From the NCBI GenBank assembly GCA_023245335.1, contig JAHFKK010000001.1, positions 1,000,019 to 1,064,018 on the forward strand: DNA of 64,000 nt. The letters are read 5' to 3'. Below are positions 48,335 to 56,674 of the stretch, one piece after another. The notes below the pieces were generated by a model that was given only the letters and a program-made list of their open reading frames with translations, was not told where the DNA came from and searched no databases. The DNA comes from Candidatus Gottesmanbacteria bacterium (lineage in GTDB: Bacteria; Patescibacteriota; Microgenomatia; UBA10105; UBA927). Within the stretch, counting starts at the first letter, position 1, and each line of letters begins with the position of its first letter. The position numbers were made by a program, and so were the translations under genes.

Positions 48335-49873
48335 CGTATACTCTTCCTCATAATTCTCTTCTCCGTTTTTGCCGTCGGTAAGACCGCATGGGACCGCTTT
48401 TCCGTACCCTGTTATCGCTGTAACGTTGTCGTGGTCGCCATTGATGACCTCAGGGCAGATGCCTTACCGTGTTTCGGCTACCGCCTCGATACGGCATCGA
48501 ACCTTTGCCAATATGCAGCAAAAAATATCGTGTTTTCTGCGGCCTACGCCAATGCCCCATCGACGAAACCCAGTGAAATGTCATTATTTACCAGCCTATA
48601 TCCGCCAAGTCACGGGCTGGTATCGAGTGCGTCGGGGAAACTCAATCCGCGGATAGTCACATTACCCCAGGCGTTCCAAAACGCAGGATATGAAACGACG
48701 TTCGTCGGCGAAGACACACCGGCACTTGCGCCTGAAGCGGGATTCGGACGCGGGTTTGACACCGTTCACATCACCGACAATATTCTCAACAGCACGACCT
48801 CTGCCATATGGAAGGATGCTTTCGATGGCATAAAAACCGCCAACGACAAACACAAACCCGCGTTTGTCTATCTCCACGCAGCTCATGTTCATGATTATGC
48901 AAATAATCTTTTTAAGTTTACTGAGCCCGGCAGCTTTTACCTGGATCCGACCTACCAATTCACGGACTATCCGAGTCAGCAGGAATTTACTCAACTCAAA
49001 TGGGACGCGATGATGGATTTTATCAACAACACCATCAACACGAGCTGGAATGCAGAAGTAGTCGCTCAATATAAAACGTGGCTCCGCCTCGCGGAAAACG
49101 CGCAAACGGTTGACGAGGCCAAGTCTGTATATCTCTCGTTGCCGGCCAATATGCAAAGACCCATATATCATTTGTTCGCCGCTACCTACGTGAATCTTTA
49201 CCAGTTCGACTCGCTCGTCTCGCTTGCGAGGCATAATTACGATCAGTCCATCTGGGCATTCGATAATAAATTTACGCCGCTCCTTGAGCGCTTGAGACAA
49301 AACGGTTTGACCGACAACACCGTCGTCGTCATCCTCGGAGACTACGGTGAACTATTGGGCGAACACAACGTCGTTGGCCACGCACTCGCCGGATTCTATG
49401 AGAAAGAGTTGCATGTCCCGATGATCTGGCACGTCCCCAATGCCGGCCACCGAACCGTGAGCTCTCTCGCACAACTTATAGACGTCTATCCCACCCTGGT
49501 AAACCTGGTCGGCATACCCAAGCCCGACACGCTTGCCGGCATAAACCTGAGAGGACAGATGTTCGGAGATCCCCGCGCACCAAAAAATACGTATACCATC
49601 GGGTATCTCATTCCCCACGACATTTCCTATGCCACGCAAATTCCGTTTACCAGTAACCAATACAGTATCCAAACTGACGCGTGGCGCCTCGTGGAGGTAC
49701 ATAATCCCGGAGGCACCTATCAGACGCTCTATGACCGAAAAACCGATCCGGGGGAGCTCCACAACATGATCGTCAAAGCTCCCGATGTCGCACAGACGCT
49801 CTCGTCTCTCCTTCACACAACCCTTGACCGCCAAATCATATATCCTCCGATTCTTCCTGCGATAAGCCCCTGA
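48317..49873 (+). CDS. Sulfatase-like Thr-type alkaline-phosphatase superfamily protein, paralog 5
   Basis: CYRCNVVVVAIDDLRADALPCFGY; NAPSTKPSEMSLFTSLYP. Confidence 0.7.
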   Translation: MKSTQQRILFLIILFSVFAVGKTAWDRFSVPCYRCNVVVVAIDDLRADALPCFGYRLDTASNLCQYAAKNIVFSAAYANAPSTKPSEMSLFTSLYPPSHGLVSSASGKLNPRIVTLPQAFQNAGYETTFVGEDTPALAPEAGFGRGFDTVHITDNILNSTTSAIWKDAFDGIKTANDKHKPAFVYLHAAHVHDYANNLFKFTEPGSFYLDPTYQFTDYPSQQEFTQLKWDAMMDFINNTINTSWNAEVVAQYKTWLRLAENAQTVDEAKSVYLSLPANMQRPIYHLFAATYVNLYQFDSLVSLARHNYDQSIWAFDNKFTPLLERLRQNGLTDNTVVVILGDYGELLGEHNVVGHALAGFYEKELHVPMIWHVPNAGHRTVSSLAQLIDVYPTLVNLVGIPKPDTLAGINLRGQMFGDPRAPKNTYTIGYLIPHDISYATQIPFTSNQYSIQTDAWRLVEVHNPGGTYQTLYDRKTDPGELHNMIVKAPDVAQTLSSLLHTTLDRQIIYPPILPAISP

Positions 49874-49885
49874 CCAAAACACTCA

Positions 49886-50686
49886 GTGAACCTTTCATTC
49901 TTCTCTGATATGATATATCCCATGAATCTATTCGGGGCACTCGTGCTTTCGGTCGTCGAAGGGATAACAGAGTTTCTTCCTGTTTCCTCAACCGCGCATC
50001 TTGTGTTGGTGTCCAAACTCATGAATCTCACAACGACAAACTTTAGCAAAAGCTTTGACGTCGTGATTCAGTTCGGCGCGATACTTGCTATCGTGAGCTT
50101 ATATTGGAAAACCATAGTGACCAAACCCAAAATGCTTATTCCGATAGCCGCCGCATTTGTCCCGACCGCGATCATCGGGCTTCTCCTCTACAAACTCATC
50201 AAAAACGTACTCCTTACCGATATTCCGGTCATCATAGGCTCATTGATAGTAGGTGGAGTCGTCCTTATTCTTATGGACAGATTTACGAAAAAACCCAAAT
50301 TTGCGGACCTGACGAGCATGCCGCTTACGCACGCAGTCATCATCGGGATCGGGCAGTCACTCGCAGTCGTGCCGGGGGTCTCCAGATCTGCCGTAACCAT
50401 CATCACCGCACTTCTCTTGGGCTGGAATCGGGAATCAGCGGTTGAATTTTCATTTCTCCTTGCGGTTCCGACGATTGCGGCTGCTGCAGGTCTGGACGCA
50501 GTGAAAAATATCCATGCCCTTACCAGTAATCTTCCCGCGCTTGGCGTCGGATTTCTTGGGTCTTGGCTAACGGCCTATTTTGCGGTCAAAGGATTCGTCG
50601 GATTCGTCAAAAGAAACAATTTTGCGGTTTTCGGATGGTATCGCATCATCGCGGCCGGAGCCTTTTGGTTGATCTCGGGCGTATGA
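49886..50686 (+). CDS. uppP: Undecaprenyl-diphosphate phosphatase (BacA/UppP)
   Basis: Signature VEGITEFLPVSSTAHL and a second SRSA(V/A)TI motif. 8 TM, 266 aa. Confidence 0.85.
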   Translation: MNLSFFSDMIYPMNLFGALVLSVVEGITEFLPVSSTAHLVLVSKLMNLTTTNFSKSFDVVIQFGAILAIVSLYWKTIVTKPKMLIPIAAAFVPTAIIGLLLYKLIKNVLLTDIPVIIGSLIVGGVVLILMDRFTKKPKFADLTSMPLTHAVIIGIGQSLAVVPGVSRSAVTIITALLLGWNRESAVEFSFLLAVPTIAAAAGLDAVKNIHALTSNLPALGVGFLGSWLTAYFAVKGFVGFVKRNNFAVFGWYRIIAAGAFWLISGV

Positions 50687-52485
50687 TAGTGTTTTTTGCT
50701 ACACTCGCAGTATTTATTTTCCCAGGGCTCGCTATTCTTCTTCGTTGGGATGTATTCCCAACGGATTATATCAGCGAAAAAATTCCCCTTGGCGTCGCGT
50801 TATCTCTCGCCTGGTGGATCATAGGATTTTGGTTCCTCCGCATCGCACCGATCCCGCTCCATATGTTTGTCATCCTTTCACTCGTTTCTGCCGTCTTCCT
50901 CATCGCGCTCTCACTTCTTGCGCCAAGAAGAGAGAAAAAGATATCTCCGGCAGGATCAATCCGAACGGACATTGTCATCCTTCTTTTTTTCCTTATACTT
51001 CTCGTGCCCGGAAGCCTCATCGCTACCCGTCAAATCGGACCGACCGGACAGGATATGTCTATGCACAGCTACTTGGCAACCATCATATATCATACCGATG
51101 GATTTCCGAAAACGATGCGACCGATTGTCCCTTCGGATCAGTTCGGCTACTACCCGGTAGGATTCCCGACTGTTATGGCTGTGATGATGACCATAAATCG
51201 CCTCCCGGTAATAACCAACGGACTATGGCTCACTATCCTCACATACTGGCTATTTGCCGTATCGCTCTATACGCTCATCCGTACACGTTATTCTGTCTTC
51301 GTCAGCATGCTCGTTACGATTGTCATGAGCTGGGGAAATGCGATGCCCAATGACATCATCGTCTGGGGCTCTAACCCCACCGTATTATCATTGGATTTTC
51401 TGATACTTTCCGTTTCAGCGCTACCCGTTCGGAAACACGCGGGGTCATACATAGTTCTCTTTATTTTTTTCTATGCCTCATTCCTCACCCACTATATGCT
51501 TCCGGTCGCACTCATCTATCTCGCGCTTACGGTCTCGCCATTCTTCGGTCGGGCGATGACGCAATGCATCCGCTTTGTTCAAAAACATCCCGCGTCACTT
51601 ATTATCACGCTCATCGCAACGCCTTTTCTTTGGCACATATATACGTACACCTGGTATATTTCCAATGCAACCAAGCTGTATGTCGCAGGACTTCAGAGAA
51701 ATGATCTGTCCGCATGGGTCGGTGCGCCCGGATGGGAAATCGTACGCGCAAGTTTCCAATTTCTCACGTCCGTATTTTCAGGACCGGTACTTATTTCTTA
51801 TACTCTCTCGATTCTGGTCATCGCGCTTGTTAATAAACGCCATGCCGCACTCCATATCGTTTCGTTCCTCGGCATAATCATACTTATCGTCAATTCACGA
51901 TATTGGTGGCTGCCGCTGTCAGCCATCCTGTATCCCGACCGCGTTATTTTATTTGAAATCATCCCCATAAGCCTCGGGCTTGCCGAAGCGTCCACGATAG
52001 TATTAAACCGCACATACAAATATTTTATTCTTCACCGCCCGCGGAATTATTTCCTCTTGCATGTCATCGCTATCGCGGTCGTCGTCTACGCATTCGGACC
52101 CGGAATTCGCGTCTCATTACAGAAATTCCTGACATCAGCCGACATGAGTGTCATAACGAAAGATGATCTACAAGCCTTCGCATGGATCCGCGAGCGTACA
52201 AATCCAACTGATGTCATCATGAACAATTACTACGACGCGGGTATCTGGATACCGGCAGTGGCAACACGCTCGATCACAACGTATCACACCAATCCTATTG
52301 ATATGGACCTCATCAACGCAAACGTACGACAGCCGGATTACGCGTATATCGGGAATAAGTCGCTCGTGAGTGCGGGCACTGATCGCGTCGATGAGGAAGT
52401 CGCACGTCATCCGGAAAAATATGTATTGGTCTACGAAGCGGGAAGTGCGAAAATTTATCGCGTACGACGAGCTGTAGCCGAATGA
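50683..52485 (+). CDS. Large polytopic membrane protein with C-terminal extracytoplasmic domain (putative GT-C-like glycosyltransferase)
   Basis: About 600 aa with ≥12 TM. The start ATG overlaps the uppP stop (ATGA). The frame's upstream Met at 50563 lies inside uppP and was rejected. Confidence 0.55.
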   Translation: MIVFFATLAVFIFPGLAILLRWDVFPTDYISEKIPLGVALSLAWWIIGFWFLRIAPIPLHMFVILSLVSAVFLIALSLLAPRREKKISPAGSIRTDIVILLFFLILLVPGSLIATRQIGPTGQDMSMHSYLATIIYHTDGFPKTMRPIVPSDQFGYYPVGFPTVMAVMMTINRLPVITNGLWLTILTYWLFAVSLYTLIRTRYSVFVSMLVTIVMSWGNAMPNDIIVWGSNPTVLSLDFLILSVSALPVRKHAGSYIVLFIFFYASFLTHYMLPVALIYLALTVSPFFGRAMTQCIRFVQKHPASLIITLIATPFLWHIYTYTWYISNATKLYVAGLQRNDLSAWVGAPGWEIVRASFQFLTSVFSGPVLISYTLSILVIALVNKRHAALHIVSFLGIIILIVNSRYWWLPLSAILYPDRVILFEIIPISLGLAEASTIVLNRTYKYFILHRPRNYFLLHVIAIAVVVYAFGPGIRVSLQKFLTSADMSVITKDDLQAFAWIRERTNPTDVIMNNYYDAGIWIPAVATRSITTYHTNPIDMDLINANVRQPDYAYIGNKSLVSAGTDRVDEEVARHPEKYVLVYEAGSAKIYRVRRAVAE

Positions 52486-53036
52486 CGGTGTGAGCGGTGG
52501 CGGAGACTCTTCGCCCGCTCCGATGTGACGAATGAAACACTCGCCCGGCCGATTCCCCACCCAAACAATGCCCCAAAAAGAACGTCCAAAGGATAATGCA
52601 CGCCCATATAAATGCGGGAAAGAGAAATGAGTATTGCCAAAAGGTACAAGCCCGTACGGAGTCGGGGTTCATATACGGAGATCACTTCCGCCATAGCAAA
52701 CGATATGGCGGCATGTCCCGACGGAAACGAATATCCGGAGGCGCCATACACGACGATGGTATCCAGTAGCTGTGAAGGCCGTAAACGCCCGATCAACGGT
52801 TTCATGATCCCTTCTACGAGGGCAAGCGTTCCCAATCCGACGGTCACTATAGGAATGAAAAAACGATGATTTTTTTCTTCCTCCCGCAAAAACAGGATGA
52901 CACCAATCACAAACCAGATAATGCCATACGATCCGATGCCGGAAAAAAATTCCGCTACCGCATTACTCCACGCAGTATGCGGCAAATGATTGACTGCAAA
53001 AAATAGCCGATAATCTAGGGCAAGCAGTGTGTTCAT
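52455..53036 (-). CDS. PAP2-family phosphatase (second copy)
   Basis: KPLIGRLRP, PSGHAAISFA, SRIYMGVHYPLDV. 193 aa. Confidence 0.75.
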   Translation of the reverse strand: MNTLLALDYRLFFAVNHLPHTAWSNAVAEFFSGIGSYGIIWFVIGVILFLREEEKNHRFFIPIVTVGLGTLALVEGIMKPLIGRLRPSQLLDTIVVYGASGYSFPSGHAAISFAMAEVISVYEPRLRTGLYLLAILISLSRIYMGVHYPLDVLFGALFGWGIGRASVSFVTSERAKSLRHRSHRHSATARRTR

Positions 53037-53038
53037 GG

Positions 53039-53332
53039 CTAGGGAGTAGGCGTTGCCGTCGAGGCGCTGACGGAAGCGGCTTTGGGTGTTGCCGTGGGTT
53101 TGACTGTCGCTTTCGGCGTCGGCTTCGCCGTCGTTCCCGTAGTCGGCGCAAGCGTATCAGGCGGTTCTACCGAAGTCGTCGGACTTATGAATATAACCCG
53201 TATGGCTCCTTCATCCGGCACGGGAGACACGACTTTGCGTCCGGAAATGACTATACCGATAATAACCACAACAAAAACAACGACCCCGACGATGATGGTG
53301 AGCGCAGCAATAGTCTTTCTCCGGTCATCCAT
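53039..53332 (-). CDS. Small membrane-anchored Pro/Thr-rich protein
   Basis: N-terminal TM IIVGVVVFVVVIIGIVI and C-terminal PTTGTTAKPTPKATVKPTATPKAASVSASTATPTP. Confidence 0.4.
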   Translation of the reverse strand: MDDRRKTIAALTIIVGVVVFVVVIIGIVISGRKVVSPVPDEGAIRVIFISPTTSVEPPDTLAPTTGTTAKPTPKATVKPTATPKAASVSASTATPTP

Positions 53333-53339
53333 ACTACGA

Positions 53340-53455
53340 TCAAGTATATCATACCCGATCGAATAAATAGTAAACAGTATATAGTAAATAGTAGGTAGAA
53401 ACTGTCTTTCTTTTCTTTGCTTCCTATTTTCTGTTCACTGTTTACTTATTTAATA
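53340..53455. repeat. Second copy of the AT-rich palindromic TAAATAGTAA-unit repeat element (intergenic)
   Basis: The stretch aataaatagtaaacagtatatagtaaatagtaggtag...ctgttcactgtttacttattt is related to the 16S h40 expansion. Confidence 0.55.
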
Positions 53456-55485
53456 TCCTCTTTTTTCCACGCAGCGAAGGTGCATTTGGGGTAAGTACTG
53501 CAGCCGTAAAATTTCTTGCCTCGCTTACTCCGCTTGACCACGATATCGCCCCCGCACCGGGGACACTTCATATCGACCTTCTCCCCGTACTGACGGGTAT
53601 ACGTACATTCGGGGAAATTTGTGCAGGCGACAAACTTGCCGAACCGCCCCATCCTAATCACCAGATCATGACCGCAATTGGGACACTTCTCATCGATTTT
53701 TTCTTCCGTGAGCTTCACCTTCTCTGCATCCTGGTAGGTCGTTTGTATAGCGGCAAAAAACGGGCCGTAAAATTGGGCTATCACGGGAACCCATTCTTTT
53801 TCTCCGTTTGCTATGGCATCCAGATCATCTTCCATATGAGCGGTAAACGGCAGATCGAGAATATTTGCAAAATATTGCACCAAAAAGTCCGTCACGGCGA
53901 ACCCGAGTTCCGTGGGCATCAGTTTCTTTTCTTCCCGGATTACATATTGCCGGTCAATAATGGTTGAGATTATCGGCGCATACGTTGACGGTCTGCCGAT
54001 ACCTTTTTCTTCAAGCGTTTTGACCAAAGACGCCTCCGTGTACCTCGGGGGAGGCGCTGTCTGATGCTGTGTCGGCACTGTACTCACCAGACGCACAGTG
54101 TCACCCTCGTGGACATCGGGAATCACGACGTCATCGGCTTCCCCGCCCGCCGGCGAGGCAGGCCGACCGATGATTTTGAGGTAGCCGTCGAATTTGATGA
54201 CCGATCCGGATGCCTCAAATACATAGCCGTTACTGCTAGTCACATCAATGGTCGTTGCATCAAACACTGCTTCTGCCGCCTGGCTCGCCATCGCCCGTTT
54301 CCAGATGAGATCATAAAGGCGATAATGATCACGGTTAAAATCCCCTTCCTCAACCGGAATGGTCATGAGTGCCCCTTGTGTCGGGCGGATCGCCTCGTGA
54401 GCTTCCTGCGCCACTTTGGATTTGGTCTTAAACCTACGAACGCTTGCGGGGACATACTCGCGGCCGTAGGTTTGGATAAGATATGCACGGGCCTCCGAGA
54501 TAAACTTTTCCGATAAATTCACACTGTCCGTCCGGTGATATGTGATATATCCTTCTTCATACAGTTTTTGCGCAATCTGCATTGTTTTTTTGGAAGAAAA
54601 ATACAAACGCCGTCCGGCGTCCTGCTGTAATGTGCTTGTGGTATAAGGCGCTAAAGGCTGCCGGTGCACTTCCTTTTTATCAACTGCGGAAACGGTGAAC
54701 GGCGGCTGCACATCGCCGATGACGGCTGAGGCGGCTATTGCATTCGGGATGGTCGTTGTCGTCGTCGTATATTTGCCGTCAAAAAGGTCAAACGTCAATG
54801 TCTTTTCGTACTTCACCCCATCCTTACGTACCAGATTGGCATGAATAAAGGCAGTATCAGTGCTCCCTCCTGCAAAGTCGCCTGCGATAGTCCAGTATTC
54901 CTGACTTAGGAATTTCTGGATTTCTCGCTCCCGTTCGACGATAAGTCTCACCGTCACTGATTGGACGCGGCCGGCCGAAAGCCAGCGTTTGGACAACTTT
55001 TTCCACAGAAGCGGCGACAATGTATAACCGACAAGCCGATCCAAAACTCTGCGCGCCTGTTGCGCATCAACGAGCTTCAAATCGATTGATCGCGGATTAT
55101 CCAAAGCGGCTTTAATTGCCGTCTCCGTAATTTCATGAAATGCGATGCGTTTGAATTTATCCGGACTGATATGTAACTTCTCATCCCCAAAAACCGCCGC
55201 GATATGCCATGCAATGGCTTCTCCTTCACGATCAGGATCCGTCGCAAGGATGATAGTGTCCGCTTTTTTTGCGAGCGCCTTGAGGGCCGTCACGTGCTTC
55301 GATTTATCCCGCGGGATGATATAGGTGGGAGCAAATCCGTGTTCGACATCTACGCCCAATGAAGACTTGGGCAAATCACGGACGTGCCCCATGGAAGCCT
55401 CGATAGTGTATGCCTCACCCAAAAAACGCGTCAACGTCCGCGCCTTGGTGGGTGACTCTACGATAATAAGTTTAATTTTTTTCAT
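53446..55485 (-). CDS. topA: DNA topoisomerase I
   Basis: TOPRIM N-terminus KLIIVESPTKA, the catalytic Tyr region, and C-terminal C4 zinc ribbons (CPNCGHD...CPRCGGD). Confidence 0.9.
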   Translation of the reverse strand: MKKIKLIIVESPTKARTLTRFLGEAYTIEASMGHVRDLPKSSLGVDVEHGFAPTYIIPRDKSKHVTALKALAKKADTIILATDPDREGEAIAWHIAAVFGDEKLHISPDKFKRIAFHEITETAIKAALDNPRSIDLKLVDAQQARRVLDRLVGYTLSPLLWKKLSKRWLSAGRVQSVTVRLIVEREREIQKFLSQEYWTIAGDFAGGSTDTAFIHANLVRKDGVKYEKTLTFDLFDGKYTTTTTTIPNAIAASAVIGDVQPPFTVSAVDKKEVHRQPLAPYTTSTLQQDAGRRLYFSSKKTMQIAQKLYEEGYITYHRTDSVNLSEKFISEARAYLIQTYGREYVPASVRRFKTKSKVAQEAHEAIRPTQGALMTIPVEEGDFNRDHYRLYDLIWKRAMASQAAEAVFDATTIDVTSSNGYVFEASGSVIKFDGYLKIIGRPASPAGGEADDVVIPDVHEGDTVRLVSTVPTQHQTAPPPRYTEASLVKTLEEKGIGRPSTYAPIISTIIDRQYVIREEKKLMPTELGFAVTDFLVQYFANILDLPFTAHMEDDLDAIANGEKEWVPVIAQFYGPFFAAIQTTYQDAEKVKLTEEKIDEKCPNCGHDLVIRMGRFGKFVACTNFPECTYTRQYGEKVDMKCPRCGGDIVVKRSKRGKKFYGCSTYPKCTFAAWKKEDIK

Positions 55486-56579
55486 ATGACCCCGTAGGTC
55501 TTCTCCCCGAAATCTTTGACGACTCCCCGTAATTCGAGAACCGTCAGGGTAGCGGCCACGACGCTCATTGTCAAGTGTGTGAGCCGGACAATTGTGTCGA
55601 TATGCTGCTTTCCTTCATATAATACATCCAGTATATTCTGCTCCTCTTTTGACTGACCGGCGACCCGTTTATGAACCCCACGCACCGTTTGTGTGTCCAG
55701 ACCGAATTCCTCCAATATATCATCTGCCGATTCAACAAGCCTGGCTCCCTGTTTGAGTAGCCTTGCCGGCCCGCGGCTCAATACGCTTGTGATAGGCCCC
55801 GGAACAGCGAACACATCTCTCCCTTGTTCTACGGCATTCCTTGCCGTAATGAGTGCGCCGCTATCGTCAGCGCCTTCAGTTACCACGACACCGAGCGATA
55901 AACCGCTTATTATCCGGTTCCGGGCAGGAAATAACCCTTTTGCCGGCCGAAGCCCAAGCGGCATCTCTGATACTATCGCGCCGCACCCTGCGGCAATATC
56001 ATGATACAAGTTAGCATTGCTTGACGGAGCGATAATGTCAATACCGCAGCCGAGTACTGCAATCGTTTTCCCTCCGGCATGTATGGCCGCCCGATGTGCC
56101 ACCGCGTCCACTCCATACGCCATACCTGACACTATCGTGAATCCGGCACTCACGAGTTCCCCGGTCAGCCGCTCGGTCACTTCTCTTCCATAGGCGGTTA
56201 TACGGCGTGTTCCGACGACGGCAATCGTCCGGGTGAGATTAATAGGAGCTTCGGTCCGCTTCCCCAACACATACAAGAGAAACGGAGCATCGGGAATTTC
56301 CCGAAGGAGTTTCGGATATTTCTCATCCGTAATCGGCACAACGGAAATATGCAATGCCACGAGTTGTTTGCGGTACCCGGAAAGATCGAATGTCTTCCTG
56401 AAATGTATAAATGCATCGGTAAGCTTATTTCCGAGTCCGGTTTCACGAATACGTTCGTTCGGCGCTTTCCACGCGGCTTCCGCTGAACCAAAATAATCGA
56501 CAAGAAGTTTGAACCGCATCGGCCCGACACCCGGAAATACACTGAAGGCTATGTAATACGGCAGGTCATCATCACTCAC
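55482..56579 (-). CDS. dprA: DNA processing protein A (DprA/Smf)
   Basis: Rossmann-like core IAVVGTRRITAYG...VVVTEGADDSGALITA. 365 aa. 4-bp overlap with topA. Confidence 0.85.
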   Translation of the reverse strand: MSDDDLPYYIAFSVFPGVGPMRFKLLVDYFGSAEAAWKAPNERIRETGLGNKLTDAFIHFRKTFDLSGYRKQLVALHISVVPITDEKYPKLLREIPDAPFLLYVLGKRTEAPINLTRTIAVVGTRRITAYGREVTERLTGELVSAGFTIVSGMAYGVDAVAHRAAIHAGGKTIAVLGCGIDIIAPSSNANLYHDIAAGCGAIVSEMPLGLRPAKGLFPARNRIISGLSLGVVVTEGADDSGALITARNAVEQGRDVFAVPGPITSVLSRGPARLLKQGARLVESADDILEEFGLDTQTVRGVHKRVAGQSKEEQNILDVLYEGKQHIDTIVRLTHLTMSVVAATLTVLELRGVVKDFGEKTYGVI

Positions 56580-56674
56580 CTCTTTAGAATATCACGTGAT
56601 CGCAAGGGCGTGGACGATGATGACATAAAAGTTTATATAATAAATACGTATGCGTGTGAGTCCCGGCACGCGTC

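Noticed and set aside
40748-49873. Annotating the five paralogs as arylsulfatases.
   Set aside because: All five lack the obligatory formylglycine motif (C/S-x-P-x-R) and have T-x-P-S-E instead. The family fold is sulfatase-like but the chemistry is probably phosphotransfer or phosphatase.
50563-50682. Upstream Met of the large membrane protein inside uppP.
   Set aside because: It would overlap uppP by 124 bp in another frame. The ATGA-coupled start at 50683 begins directly at the first TM.
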